Source of the DNA: a virus
Reading direction: 5' to 3' (one strand)
Length of the DNA stretch: 32,000 bases
Virus record (IMG/VR): IMGVR_UViG_3300029789_000186
Location: 35,460-67,459 of that record
Shown: piece by piece, positions 19,570-28,377 of the stretch
Layout of the letters: each line of letters starts with the position of its first letter
How positions within the stretch are numbered: the first letter of the stretch is position 1
Program-made: the position numbers and the translations under genes
Notes under the pieces: model-generated
Database searches by the model: none
Seen by the model: only the letters and a program-made list of their open reading frames with translations
Told to the model about the DNA's origin: nothing

Positions 19570-19638
19570 CCCCGATATGGGGCTCACATTGCTGTGGAGA
19601 TAAATTCGAGAGCAGCACGGCAGCCCCACGTTACGGGG
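19570..19638 (+). promoter_or_regulatory. Possible translational switch upstream of CDS 19646
   Basis: CCCC-gatat-GGGG and CCCC-acgttac-GGGG local hairpins versus alternative GGGGCT(19579-19584)/AGCCCC(19622-19627). Confidence 0.4.
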
Positions 19639-19645
19639 TTATATT

Positions 19646-21226
19646 ATGGCTAAGAAGAATAACAACGTCACTTTCAACGTCGGCATCACCAACCATTACT
19701 TTGACGCTATTTCGCGCCAGAAGTTACCCATGAGCGATGCCGCTTGTGAACCGGTTGATAATGCCATCTCTAATTGCAAAGATGCCATTAACATCTTGGT
19801 CGCGATTGTGAAAGGCCATGCCAAAAACCTAATCGGTGTGGTTATTGCCGACTGGGGCAATGGTATGTCTAAGGAAAAGCTGCCGGAAAACCTACAGTTT
19901 GGCAACGGCCACAGCAATGAGGGCCCGCTGTGCATCCATGGCGTTGGCCTGAATAATTTCATTTTGGTTGCCACCCGCAACAAATATCCCTGGTTCATCG
20001 CTTCCAAGCAGCCTGGAGAGGACAGCTATCACCGCGTTGACGGCCCGTTCGCCACGACCATGACGATGTCCGAGCAGGAAGAGATTCCTATGGCAGATGT
20101 CGTTATGCGTGAGCAGTTTAAGGCTCTTGGCGCTCCTTCTACCATCATCTATGTGGAGATGGACAAGGCTACCGCCAGCACCATGCTGACCAAGAACGGC
20201 AGCTGCGCTGAGAGCCGGGTCACCAGCCTGAACGTGCTGCGTACCTGCCTGGCTGAGCACTTTGGTGTCAAGTACCGCAATTACTTGGCACCTGACGCTA
20301 CCGGCGTTGCTCCCGCCCGTATCCTGATTCCTGACTTCCATATGGCGAATGGCAAGACGTGCGATGTGCTCGTCAAGCCCATTTTCCAGCCGTATAAGGA
20401 GAAGCAGAAGGAAAAGAACTTCACTGTTGACTATGATGGGTACGAGATTCCTGTCAAGGTTGAGTGTGGTCAGCTGGATACGGATGCGACCAAAGGTGTT
20501 GTTACTGGTGGCTATGACTTGAAGCATTTCTACCAGAACAACATGCTTACGCAGGGCTTGGATATCCAGCTCGGCGAGCGTGTTATCGCCACCGCTCAGT
20601 TTGATACCATCTGGGACAAGGCTCGTCACCCGGCCTTCAACGCTTTCACCGGCGTTGTTGCTGTTGATATTTCCGGTCTGCCGCGTGGGTTCTTGAATAC
20701 CCTCGCCAACAAGTCGGATATCGACCTGAGCGACAAGGGATGGCGTAAAATTTTCGACGCTATTGCCGAAAATGTGAAGCCTCTCGAAAGCGAGCCTCTC
20801 ACTCTTGAGAAATATGCGCAGGATTTTGCAAATCGGCTGGTTGCAGACACCGGGAATGAAGTTGAACTCCAGTTCCCTCTGTACGCAAACCGGACTCGTA
20901 TCGACGTTCTGGAACATATCGACGAGTCCCACTGCAAGATTTATGACTTCATGAGCGGCGTTGCTACTTTGAAGTCTGTAACCGAGCTGCGGACTCATTG
21001 GGATGGCATGGTTGCACAGGGCATTCAGCCTGTTTCGGCTGTGATGTTCTGCAATAAGCGCGGTCCTATGCTCAAACATACCTGCGACGAGATGAACACT
21101 CTCGTGCAGGCTATGAATGACGAGGACTTCTACATGACCCTCGAAGCTGCTGGTGGTGATGCATCTAAGATGCCGCACTACAACTTCGATGTTATTCTTG
21201 ACCAGAGTATCCCCGTGAAGAAATAA
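19646..21226 (+). CDS. GHKL/HSP90-like ATPase domain protein (526 aa)
   Basis: N-box-like CDNAISNCKDA, G1-like ADWGNGMS, G2-like GNGHSNEGPLCIHGVGLNNF. Confidence 0.8.
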   Translation: MAKKNNNVTFNVGITNHYFDAISRQKLPMSDAACEPVDNAISNCKDAINILVAIVKGHAKNLIGVVIADWGNGMSKEKLPENLQFGNGHSNEGPLCIHGVGLNNFILVATRNKYPWFIASKQPGEDSYHRVDGPFATTMTMSEQEEIPMADVVMREQFKALGAPSTIIYVEMDKATASTMLTKNGSCAESRVTSLNVLRTCLAEHFGVKYRNYLAPDATGVAPARILIPDFHMANGKTCDVLVKPIFQPYKEKQKEKNFTVDYDGYEIPVKVECGQLDTDATKGVVTGGYDLKHFYQNNMLTQGLDIQLGERVIATAQFDTIWDKARHPAFNAFTGVVAVDISGLPRGFLNTLANKSDIDLSDKGWRKIFDAIAENVKPLESEPLTLEKYAQDFANRLVADTGNEVELQFPLYANRTRIDVLEHIDESHCKIYDFMSGVATLKSVTELRTHWDGMVAQGIQPVSAVMFCNKRGPMLKHTCDEMNTLVQAMNDEDFYMTLEAAGGDASKMPHYNFDVILDQSIPVKK

Positions 21227-21233
21227 CATCACT

Positions 21234-21267
21234 TGCCGTCATCCGAAAGGGTGGCGGCATTTTTTTG
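21234..21267 (+). terminator. Strong intrinsic terminator
   Basis: TGCCGTCATCC-gaaa-GGGTGGCGGCA (11 bp incl. wobbles) then TTTTTTT. Confidence 0.85.
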
Positions 21268-21360
21268 TTGAGCTATTGCTTAAACATCAAGATTCCTCAT
21301 GTGGGGTGTAGCGTTTTGTACCGATATATGCTATAATTGGCACAAAAAGGAGGAACCGAC

Positions 21361-21741
21361 ATGGCAGAAAATAATAACAACGGTGGCAAAAACACTAATA
21401 TCATCACCAAAATCAACGATACCATTTCCAAAGTCCTGGGCGATTTCCCGCCCGTTGTTCAGACAATCGCAAAAATCGTTGTCTTCGGTGGGCTCATCCT
21501 GCTTATCGCCAAAGCCATCGGCTATATTTTCCCGGTTATTGTGAACGTTCTTTTCAACCTCTTAGTCAAAATCGTTGGCTTCTGCATTCTGGCAGCCTTT
21601 CTTTACGGCTGCTGGTACGAGGTAAAACTGCAAATGACTCGCGATGAAAACTCCTTCCTACTGAATGAACGTCTCAAGTATCAGAAAAAAGAATACGAGG
21701 AACGTGAGCGCAGAAGACAAGAACGAGATAACAGACGATAA
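21361..21741 (+). CDS. Small membrane protein, Asn-rich N-terminus, charged C-terminus
   Basis: AAGGAGG SD; TM segments VVFGGLILLIAKAIGYIF and GFCILAAFLYGCWYEV. Confidence 0.8.
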   Translation: MAENNNNGGKNTNIITKINDTISKVLGDFPPVVQTIAKIVVFGGLILLIAKAIGYIFPVIVNVLFNLLVKIVGFCILAAFLYGCWYEVKLQMTRDENSFLLNERLKYQKKEYEERERRRQERDNRR

Positions 21742-21758
21742 TACATAATCACACATAG

Positions 21759-21789
21759 GCTGTCCAGCTTCGGCTGGGCAGCTTTTTTT
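21759..21789 (+). terminator. Intrinsic terminator
   Basis: GCTGTCCAGC-ttcg-GCTGGGCAGC then TTTTTTT. Confidence 0.85.
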
Positions 21790-21798
21790 GTTTTCCTA

Positions 21799-21826
21799 TT
21801 GCAGGTTCTTGCGAATTGCATACCAT
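21799..21826 (+). promoter_or_regulatory. Promoter P8: TTGCAG-N16-TACCAT
   Basis: Spacer gttcTTGCGAattgca; short leader to SD AAAGGAG. Confidence 0.75.
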
Positions 21827-21850
21827 GAAATTTGTAGAAAGGAGTTTCTC

Positions 21851-22081
21851 ATGAAAACACTCGAATCGATTTTCAGTAGAACTGCACAGTTTGGCTTTCT
21901 CATTTATCTGACCGGCTGCTTTGGCCTGTTGATTGTTTTAGGCGCTGCAGTCGCAAAATGGCTTAAACTCATCAACGTAATTCAATATATTGCCTTTGCT
22001 TTTGGACTTGGACTCCTCACTTTGCTTATCGGCATGGTGGGTCTCTCACTCCTCGGCATTAGGGGTATTGAAGAATTTTAG
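21851..22081 (+). CDS. Small membrane protein (76 aa), TAG stop
   Basis: MKTLESIFSRTAQFGFLIYLTGCFGLLIVLGAAVAKW...; one of only two terminal TAG stops noted. Confidence 0.75.
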   Translation: MKTLESIFSRTAQFGFLIYLTGCFGLLIVLGAAVAKWLKLINVIQYIAFAFGLGLLTLLIGMVGLSLLGIRGIEEF

Positions 22082-22262
22082 TGGAATGACCCCATCCCAC
22101 TAAGTTCCTTCAATATCACAGGCGGATGTACTTTTGTACATCAAGATGACGAGCTGCACTTGTACGGTTTTCCCAGCTTGCAACCATGCGAAGGCGTCAT
22201 CTAGCCAAGGGAAACACAACCTCCTGCTTCGGCAGGAGAGATTTATCGTAAAGGAGGTGGCG
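22066..22262 (+). ncRNA. Compact structured leader of iscB-2, candidate divergent omega RNA or regulatory UTR
   Basis: TATTGAAG/CTTCAATA + TTAGTGG/CCACTAA; GATGTAC-TTTT-GTACATC; pseudoknot-compatible AGATGACG/CGTCATCT with TTTCCC/GGGAAA; CTCCTGC-TTCG-GCAGGAG. Confidence 0.45.
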
Positions 22263-22265
22263 AAT

Positions 22266-23804
22266 ATGTCCACTGTTTATGTACTTAACAAAGACGGTAA
22301 ACCTTTGATGCCTACAACTCGCGGCGGACATGTGCGCCACCTGCTTAAAGAGCAGAAAGCACGAGTCGTAAGAGCAAAACCGTTTACCATCCAACTGCTG
22401 TATGAAACCAATGATGTAGTGCAGCCCCTATATTTAGGCATTGACCCTGGTAGAACCAATATCGGCGTTGCCGTTGTTAAAGCAAATGGAACGGCAGTCT
22501 TTACGGCACATCTGGAAACTCGCAACAAAGAGGTTCCAAAATTGATGCAAGACCGTAAAAAAGCCCGCCGTGCAAGACGCACAAACGGCAGACGTTGTCG
22601 CCGTCAGCGGAGAGCTAAGGCAAATGGCACCATTTATAAGAAGTGCGTGAAGCAAGATACTGCTCAAAGTAAGAATCCTAGCAAACGTGCAAAAGAAATT
22701 GGCATCATCAAACGTCGCCTTCCGGGTTATAAGAAAGATGTACTCTGCATTGGTATTAAAAACAAAGAAGCAAAGTACACCAATCGCACAAGACCGGAAG
22801 GATGGCTTACGCCTACCGCGAATCAGTTGCTCCAAACACACATCAATTTGGTGAGAAAAATTCAAAAGTTCCTTCCTATCAGTGATGTTGTGCTTGAAGT
22901 AAACAAATTTGCGTTCATGCGGCTTGATAATCCTGACATTCAGAAATGGCAGTACCAACAAGGCCCACTCTACCAAAAAGGGAGTCTTGAAAATGCTGTT
23001 TCTGAAATGCAGGAACACCATTGCCTGTTCTGTGATAAACCCATCGACCATTACCACCATGTAGTGCCGCAATCCGAGAATGGCAGCAACACCATTGCCA
23101 ATATCGTTGGTCTATGCGCGGAGCATCATAACCTTGTTCATAAAGATGCTGCCTGGCAAAAGAAACTTGCCGAAGAAAAAGTTGGACTTAACAAAAAGTA
23201 CGGCGCTTTGAGTGTATTGAATCAAATCATTCCGGCACTGACGAATAAATTGAGTGTGCTATTTCCAAAGCACTTTTTTGTGACAGCAGGAAAGAGCACC
23301 CATGACTATCGTGCAACGCACGGTGTAAGTAAAGACCATTGGCTCGATGCTTACTGCATTGCTTGTTCTGTTTTGCCGAGTGATGTTTGTGATAGCAATA
23401 TCAACAATCATATGCCGTATGAGCTGAAACAGTTTCGCCGCCATGCTAGAAGAGCGTTAAACAATGAAAATATGAACCGCGTGTACACGCTCAATGATAA
23501 GGCGGTTGCTATAAATCGGCATAAAGCAACGGAACAAGAAGCTGCCAGCCTAGAAGAATTTCGCAAAGAGCATCCGAATGATGTTTGCAAGCTTAAAGTT
23601 AAAGAGCACCATCCAACATACAGAAACATGAACCGTAACTATCCAGGAAGCATATTTCTTGTTGGAAAGCATGTTCATATAATGCAAGGAATAGCTGGCT
23701 CTAAAGACGGAAAAGCAACAACATACAAAGACTCTAACGCAAACTCAATAACGGCGAGTAAATGCAAATTTGTTGCAAAAAATTCTGGCATATTGTTTGT
23801 GTAG
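22266..23804 (+). CDS. iscB: IscB-2, divergent IscB-family protein (512 aa)
   Basis: MSTVYVLNKDGKPLMPTTRGGHVRHLLKEQKARVV, RuvC-I YLGIDPGRTNIGVAV, Arg-rich RKKARRARRTNGRRCRRQRR, RuvC-II VLEVNKF, HNH CLFCDKPIDHYHHVVPQSENGSNTIANIVGLCAEHH, RuvC-III DHWLDAYCIA; SD AAGGAGG. Confidence 0.9.
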   Translation: MSTVYVLNKDGKPLMPTTRGGHVRHLLKEQKARVVRAKPFTIQLLYETNDVVQPLYLGIDPGRTNIGVAVVKANGTAVFTAHLETRNKEVPKLMQDRKKARRARRTNGRRCRRQRRAKANGTIYKKCVKQDTAQSKNPSKRAKEIGIIKRRLPGYKKDVLCIGIKNKEAKYTNRTRPEGWLTPTANQLLQTHINLVRKIQKFLPISDVVLEVNKFAFMRLDNPDIQKWQYQQGPLYQKGSLENAVSEMQEHHCLFCDKPIDHYHHVVPQSENGSNTIANIVGLCAEHHNLVHKDAAWQKKLAEEKVGLNKKYGALSVLNQIIPALTNKLSVLFPKHFFVTAGKSTHDYRATHGVSKDHWLDAYCIACSVLPSDVCDSNINNHMPYELKQFRRHARRALNNENMNRVYTLNDKAVAINRHKATEQEAASLEEFRKEHPNDVCKLKVKEHHPTYRNMNRNYPGSIFLVGKHVHIMQGIAGSKDGKATTYKDSNANSITASKCKFVAKNSGILFV

Positions 23805-23880
23805 TATGAATTAAAAGTAATAAAACCACGAAAAATCTTCAATAGCCGCAAAACCGCAAACATAAGGAGGCAAAACACGT

Positions 23881-25095
23881 ATGAGTAAAAAGATTATCAA
23901 TATCACCGCAGCTGCCATGGCACTCGCCGTGACACTTTCCGGCTGCGCCACAGCTGTGGTTCAGGAACGGAAAGACCAGGCAGCCGCAGCAGCAAGCGCA
24001 GAAGCAGCACAGGCTGCCGTCACAGCAACACCGGAACCGACAGCAGAACCGACCCCGGAACCCATCAATGCCTGGTCTTTGTTGTCGAATCTCCCGGATT
24101 TCACGCCCGGCACGCTGGACAATCCTGACACTACCTGGCCGGACGGTATTCCGATGGGGCAGAGTCCTTTGTCTTACGATGACGGCAGCAAGTTCTATTC
24201 GCTGCGCAGCGTTGATACCGGCAAAACGCTGGATATCACGGACGTTGCATTACAGGATGTCCGAGATTTGCCTGTAAAGGGATATCTGAAATTGAACGAA
24301 CTTGAAAACGGTGATACAGTCATTGGTGAAATCAATGCAGAATCCACAGGCGAAGGCGTAGAAAAGGAAATCAGTGATTTTTCCATTCACACTGCCAGCA
24401 AGGATGACGGCTGTGACTATTATCCGATTGGATATAACGGCGGCTCACTGACCTTGATGCTGGACGGTCGTGCAGCCAATGATGATGGCATCAATATCGG
24501 CGATGCGTTCCTTGACGGCCTCTATTATTCGTCTGTCACTCCGGACAAATTCGACGGCTATCCGACCGACGGAGAGCCAGAGGAACAGTTCAACTTCCTG
24601 TATGGTTTGTTTGGCAATCCGTCCGGTCTCTACTGGACAAACAACGATTCTGTCGCTTTCAATTCCAGCAAGCAGTATCGTACCTTTGAAGATTTCCGAG
24701 ATGCAGATTATGATGTTGAAATTGGCGGCAAGAACTTCTATCTGGTTTGGAACTATGACGGGTATAGTGTTGTTGCGGCGTGCAACGATACCTTTGACAG
24801 CGCTAATGTGAAGGGCACCACGATTCAGGATATCTACTTGTTCCCGAACATGACAGAAACCAAGTACCTAGTCGAAAATTCCGGCAGCCTGATTAGCGGT
24901 TATCTGGGTTATGGTGAAGTTCCCGTCATCTTGACTGGTACATACGCATCAGTCAACAGTGATTCGACTGTCGAACAGGATACAAGCGCAGAAGAAAACA
25001 CCGACGCTGAATCTGGTGACAATTCCACGGCGGACGAAAACGCTGAGTCCAGTTCCGATGATAACAGCGACAGCTCGGAAAATTCAGATTCCTAA
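23881..25095 (+). CDS. Lipoprotein (404 aa) with Ser/Asp/Glu-rich C-terminus
   Basis: Signal peptide with lipobox LSGC; SD AGGAGG. Confidence 0.85.
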   Translation: MSKKIINITAAAMALAVTLSGCATAVVQERKDQAAAAASAEAAQAAVTATPEPTAEPTPEPINAWSLLSNLPDFTPGTLDNPDTTWPDGIPMGQSPLSYDDGSKFYSLRSVDTGKTLDITDVALQDVRDLPVKGYLKLNELENGDTVIGEINAESTGEGVEKEISDFSIHTASKDDGCDYYPIGYNGGSLTLMLDGRAANDDGINIGDAFLDGLYYSSVTPDKFDGYPTDGEPEEQFNFLYGLFGNPSGLYWTNNDSVAFNSSKQYRTFEDFRDADYDVEIGGKNFYLVWNYDGYSVVAACNDTFDSANVKGTTIQDIYLFPNMTETKYLVENSGSLISGYLGYGEVPVILTGTYASVNSDSTVEQDTSAEENTDAESGDNSTADENAESSSDDNSDSSENSDS

Positions 25096-25112
25096 TTCTT
25101 AAAAAATAGTTA

Positions 25113-25140
25113 TTGCGTATTCGTGCGAAACGCATACAAT
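25113..25140 (+). promoter_or_regulatory. Promoter P9: TTGCGT-N16-TACAAT
   Basis: Spacer attcGTGCGAaacgca; leader AGATAACAGC 14 nt after -10. Confidence 0.75.
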
Positions 25141-25193
25141 AAAAATTGTATGATAGATAACAGCACACATACGCTATAATTTCACAATTCTGA

Positions 25194-25226
25194 GAAGCAG
25201 ACTATCCGTTTGGAGGTCTGCTTTTT
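25194..25226 (+). terminator. Intrinsic terminator/attenuator
   Basis: AAGCAGACtaTCCgtttGGAgGTCTGCTT then T tract. Confidence 0.75.
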
Positions 25227-25293
25227 TTGTTGGAATTTTGCGGTGCTTTGCTGACGTTTATCGTAACTAAACACTACAAGGAGAAATAAAAAG

Positions 25294-25617
25294 ATGACCG
25301 TAACAAACACTGTAACAGAAACAGAACACTTAACTCCCCTGCGTTCCGCTGTAGAGCACATCAACTGGAATACTTTGTACCAGCAGAAAATGGCTCTCGA
25401 AGAAGTCTCTGACATGCTCTATGCCAAGAGAAAAGAGGATGACACGTTTGGCAAGGCTTCCGCCTGGCTCGAAAGCGTCATTGCACTCATGGAACGCTTG
25501 GGGGATGCAGCAGAAGAGGAAGGAAAGTTTAATTATCCCGAACGGGATGAAAACGACAAGCACCTGGATGATAGGTTCAATCATGTGTTGAATCAGTACC
25601 CGGATGTGGATATCTGA
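25294..25617 (+). CDS. Hypothetical protein (107 aa)
   Basis: SD AAGGAG; ORF to 25617. Confidence 0.75.
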   Translation: MTVTNTVTETEHLTPLRSAVEHINWNTLYQQKMALEEVSDMLYAKRKEDDTFGKASAWLESVIALMERLGDAAEEEGKFNYPERDENDKHLDDRFNHVLNQYPDVDI

Positions 25618-25638
25618 CCAGTTCATATCAGGAGGACA

Positions 25639-25884
25639 ATGATGCGGATTAACAGCAGCTGTGTGCTTCACAGCACCACGAGTCTCAACGCAAGAGTTCT
25701 TCCGCTCATTGGACGGGTCGGAACTCTTGAGCTGTCAAGTGGGCAGCCACTCGTATTCAAAACAACAACACCAAAACAACAAGACGTCCTGCGTACCAGC
25801 ACAGTAAAAGCTATTGGCTTTGCAGGAAGCAGAATTTTTGTCAAAACCGAAAGAGGAACCCAATACACATTTGAATTTCAGTAA
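25639..25884 (+). CDS. Small hypothetical protein (81 aa)
   Basis: SD AGGAGG; ATGATG start. Confidence 0.7.
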   Translation: MMRINSSCVLHSTTSLNARVLPLIGRVGTLELSSGQPLVFKTTTPKQQDVLRTSTVKAIGFAGSRIFVKTERGTQYTFEFQ

Positions 25885-25890
25885 CAACCA

Positions 25891-25939
25891 AGCGGCCACT
25901 AATCTCATTTTTTTATAGATTGGCGGCCGCTATTTTTTT
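25891..25939 (+). terminator. Terminator upstream of CDS 25965
   Basis: AGCGGCC..TAATCT...AGATTG..GGCCGCT then ATTTTTTT. Confidence 0.6.
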
Positions 25940-25964
25940 ATCAATTTGAAAGGAAGTTTTTATC

Positions 25965-26849
25965 ATGAATTTCATCAATGCCGCCACCAAGAAAGAACGC
26001 ACCCATGTAGAAGAAATCATCAAGTCTCAGCCTGTTATGTCTCATGAAGGCATAACTGCCACTGAGATTGGTATTTGCGGCAAGCAGAATCTTTTCATGG
26101 ACGTTTATCGCCCGGATAACGATGCCGAAAAGCATCCGATTATCATCGATATCCATGGCGGCGGCTTGATTGCTGGCCGGAAAGAACAGAATCAGAACCT
26201 GGCAACCTGGCTCGCTAAGGAAGGCTATCTCACCTTTGTACCGGATTACCGTCTGGTCCCTGAAACCAACATCTTTGGCCAAATCACTGATGTCATCAAT
26301 GCGTTTGCTACTGTAGCTGAACGTGCTGAAGATTTCGTTGGTGACTTGAATCAGGTCTTTGTAGTTGCCGACAGCGCTGGCGCATTCCTTGCCTGCATGG
26401 CAAGCTCTATTCTCCGTTATCCTGTCAAGATGCAGCCGGTAGAGGACGAACTGGAAGAGAACGTACCCGAGGCAGCCAAGAAGCTCGTCATCAACGCGAT
26501 GGGCCTGCAGAGCGGTATGTATTACATCTACAAGGGCCAGGTAGGTTTGCTTCAGAACTACTATATGTCTAAGGGCTGGAAGAATCACAGTTATGCTGAG
26601 TTCATCAAGCCTGAAACCTATTCCAAACTCATCCCCCCGTGCTATATCTGCACCGGGAAAAAGGACTTTCTCAAGAAACAGACTTTTGGGTTTAAGAAAT
26701 GCCTCGAAAACGAGCGCGTTCACCACGACTACGGGTTTGTTTCCAAGAAGGAAACCGTTCATGCTTTTGCAGCACTGTATCCTGAATCCGAATCCGCAGT
26801 CGGTGTAAACCGCGAGATGATTCGGTTCTTCGACAGTTTCAAAAAATAA
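25965..26849 (+). CDS. Alpha/beta hydrolase (HSL/esterase-lipase-like)
   Basis: Oxyanion motif DIHGGGLIAGR, nucleophile-elbow-like VVADSAGAF. Confidence 0.85.
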   Translation: MNFINAATKKERTHVEEIIKSQPVMSHEGITATEIGICGKQNLFMDVYRPDNDAEKHPIIIDIHGGGLIAGRKEQNQNLATWLAKEGYLTFVPDYRLVPETNIFGQITDVINAFATVAERAEDFVGDLNQVFVVADSAGAFLACMASSILRYPVKMQPVEDELEENVPEAAKKLVINAMGLQSGMYYIYKGQVGLLQNYYMSKGWKNHSYAEFIKPETYSKLIPPCYICTGKKDFLKKQTFGFKKCLENERVHHDYGFVSKKETVHAFAALYPESESAVGVNREMIRFFDSFKK

Positions 26850-26886
26850 TAAAACCAAAAAACAAATAACAAGGAGGCATTTCATA

Positions 26887-27297
26887 ATGACTCACAATGA
26901 GTTGGTTCATGACCTCTGCACTCAAGATTCGATTGTGGTGCAGAACTTTGCTGAGCTGATGCGGTTTGTGCTCGACGGCAAAGCGGAAGTTATCTACGAC
27001 GGTTGGATTAACGTCTATGTTCCTATCTGGTTTGATGCTGATATGGCATTTGGCCTTGATTTGAACTCAGAAGAAAATGCAGATTGGATTAACATGTACA
27101 TTGACTGGCATCCGGACGATACCATTCATGCCTATGTATCTTACTGCAACAGTTCTACTGACGACCCCGACTTTACTCTTGAAGTCATCATGAGCCCTCA
27201 CCACCAGGAATTGTTCAATGCGTATTTCAAAGAACAGTTTAAGGCGGTTTATCACATGAGTGTCGAAGAAGCGTGGGCTAAATTCGGCACCGAATAA
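26887..27297 (+). CDS. Hypothetical protein (136 aa)
   Basis: SD AAGGAGG. Confidence 0.75.
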   Translation: MTHNELVHDLCTQDSIVVQNFAELMRFVLDGKAEVIYDGWINVYVPIWFDADMAFGLDLNSEENADWINMYIDWHPDDTIHAYVSYCNSSTDDPDFTLEVIMSPHHQELFNAYFKEQFKAVYHMSVEEAWAKFGTE

Positions 27298-27316
27298 TAT
27301 AGTGAGGAGATATATC

Positions 27317-27805
27317 ATGGCACGTAAAGAAATCAAAATTTTCATGGACGCCAAGGAAGCTGCCAGTTTCCTGAAAACTATCGATTGGTCCTGGCTGTTC
27401 GGCTTTCTCAGTGAGCGCTATAACGTTTCGCTCAGCCCTCACAAAGAGCTGAAAGACAACGGCGCAGCAATCATCAAGGTCGAATGGCCTGATGAACTGA
27501 TTGAAAAGTGCGGAATGATGGCTGATGTCTTCTCGTCAGTCAAGCTCGTCACGTTCGATTCGTATTTCAAGGAAATCGTGGAATACGATGAAGATAAGTT
27601 CAATGAAGAACGTGAAGCATGGCTTACCAATCCGACAAAGACGTTCAGCTATCTCGATTGCGAGGGCATCGTCAAGGAACGGACTCTTGCACTGAACATC
27701 TCCCTTCGCTATACGCTGTATGACGGAGGCTACAATTTCGCAACGCTGCTCTATGCGGTTTATTCCGATGTGAACGGCTGGACTATCCAAATGGAAAAGG
27801 AGTAA
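27317..27805 (+). CDS. Hypothetical protein
   Basis: SD GAGGAG, ATG 27317 (MARKEIKIFMDAKEA). Confidence 0.75.
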   Translation: MARKEIKIFMDAKEAASFLKTIDWSWLFGFLSERYNVSLSPHKELKDNGAAIIKVEWPDELIEKCGMMADVFSSVKLVTFDSYFKEIVEYDEDKFNEEREAWLTNPTKTFSYLDCEGIVKERTLALNISLRYTLYDGGYNFATLLYAVYSDVNGWTIQMEKE

Positions 27806-28353
27806 TGGCAATGGTTGAAATGGCATTTAAGGTAAATCCCGGCACCACTTTCTACAAGAATTATTTCGCGACAAAGGAGGAAAAAGCGCATTTCATTGAA
27901 ATTGCAAAGCAGTTCTTCGACAAATATTTCCCTGATGAGAAGCTCTCGTATGTTTTAAATGACCGACTGACTGTTGATTTGAAGCCGGAGCTGCTCGCCA
28001 AATACGAATCTCAGGTTATGAAACGCCGTGACCCTCACGGTTTTGTCATCTTCAAACAGCGTTCGCCCATGAACTGCCTGTGGGAAGATGAGGTCTGTAA
28101 GAACGTGAACGGCAAGAAATTCCTTGCCAACCAGTTCTGGTGGGCCGACTTCAACGGTTCTGGCCGCATCACTACGGAGCTGTGGGATGATGAGCAGGGA
28201 AATATCTACGGATATTATTCCTGCGAATATGCAACTCGCAGCACTAAGGTTCCAGACACCGTTACGCAGATTAAGCTGAGTGAATATCACGCGGCTTACG
28301 AAGCATACACGGAAGCCAAAAAAGCAACTGCTGACGCCGCTGCTACAGCTTGA
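27805..28353 (+). CDS. Hypothetical protein (182 aa)
   Basis: Start overlaps preceding stop; upstream AAAAGGAG. Confidence 0.75.
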   Translation: MAMVEMAFKVNPGTTFYKNYFATKEEKAHFIEIAKQFFDKYFPDEKLSYVLNDRLTVDLKPELLAKYESQVMKRRDPHGFVIFKQRSPMNCLWEDEVCKNVNGKKFLANQFWWADFNGSGRITTELWDDEQGNIYGYYSCEYATRSTKVPDTVTQIKLSEYHAAYEAYTEAKKATADAAATA

Positions 28354-28377
28354 CGCTGCTTGCGATGCCGGTAAAAT
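28350..28377 (+). promoter_or_regulatory. Promoter P10: TTGACG-N16-TAAAAT
   Basis: Spacer ctgcTTGCGAtgccgg. Confidence 0.75.

Noticed and set aside
19892-21232. 446-aa minus-strand ORF
   Set aside because: Opposite the GHKL ATPase CDS; low-complexity Leu/His/Val-rich shadow with no recognisable motif.
21308-21360. TATAAT upstream of CDS 21361 as a member of the 12-copy promoter family
   Set aside because: GCTATAATTGG is a good -10, but the spacer lacks TGCGA at positions 6-10 and there is no TTG hexamer 16 bp upstream; probably an ordinary promoter.
22134-23804. 556-aa version of IscB-2
   Set aside because: The first 44 residues are encoded by structured leader RNA; SD-led ATG 22266 begins exactly at the conserved IscB N-terminus.
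25941-26885. 314-aa minus-strand ORF
   Set aside because: Shadow of the alpha/beta hydrolase, which has HGGG and SAG motifs on the plus strand.
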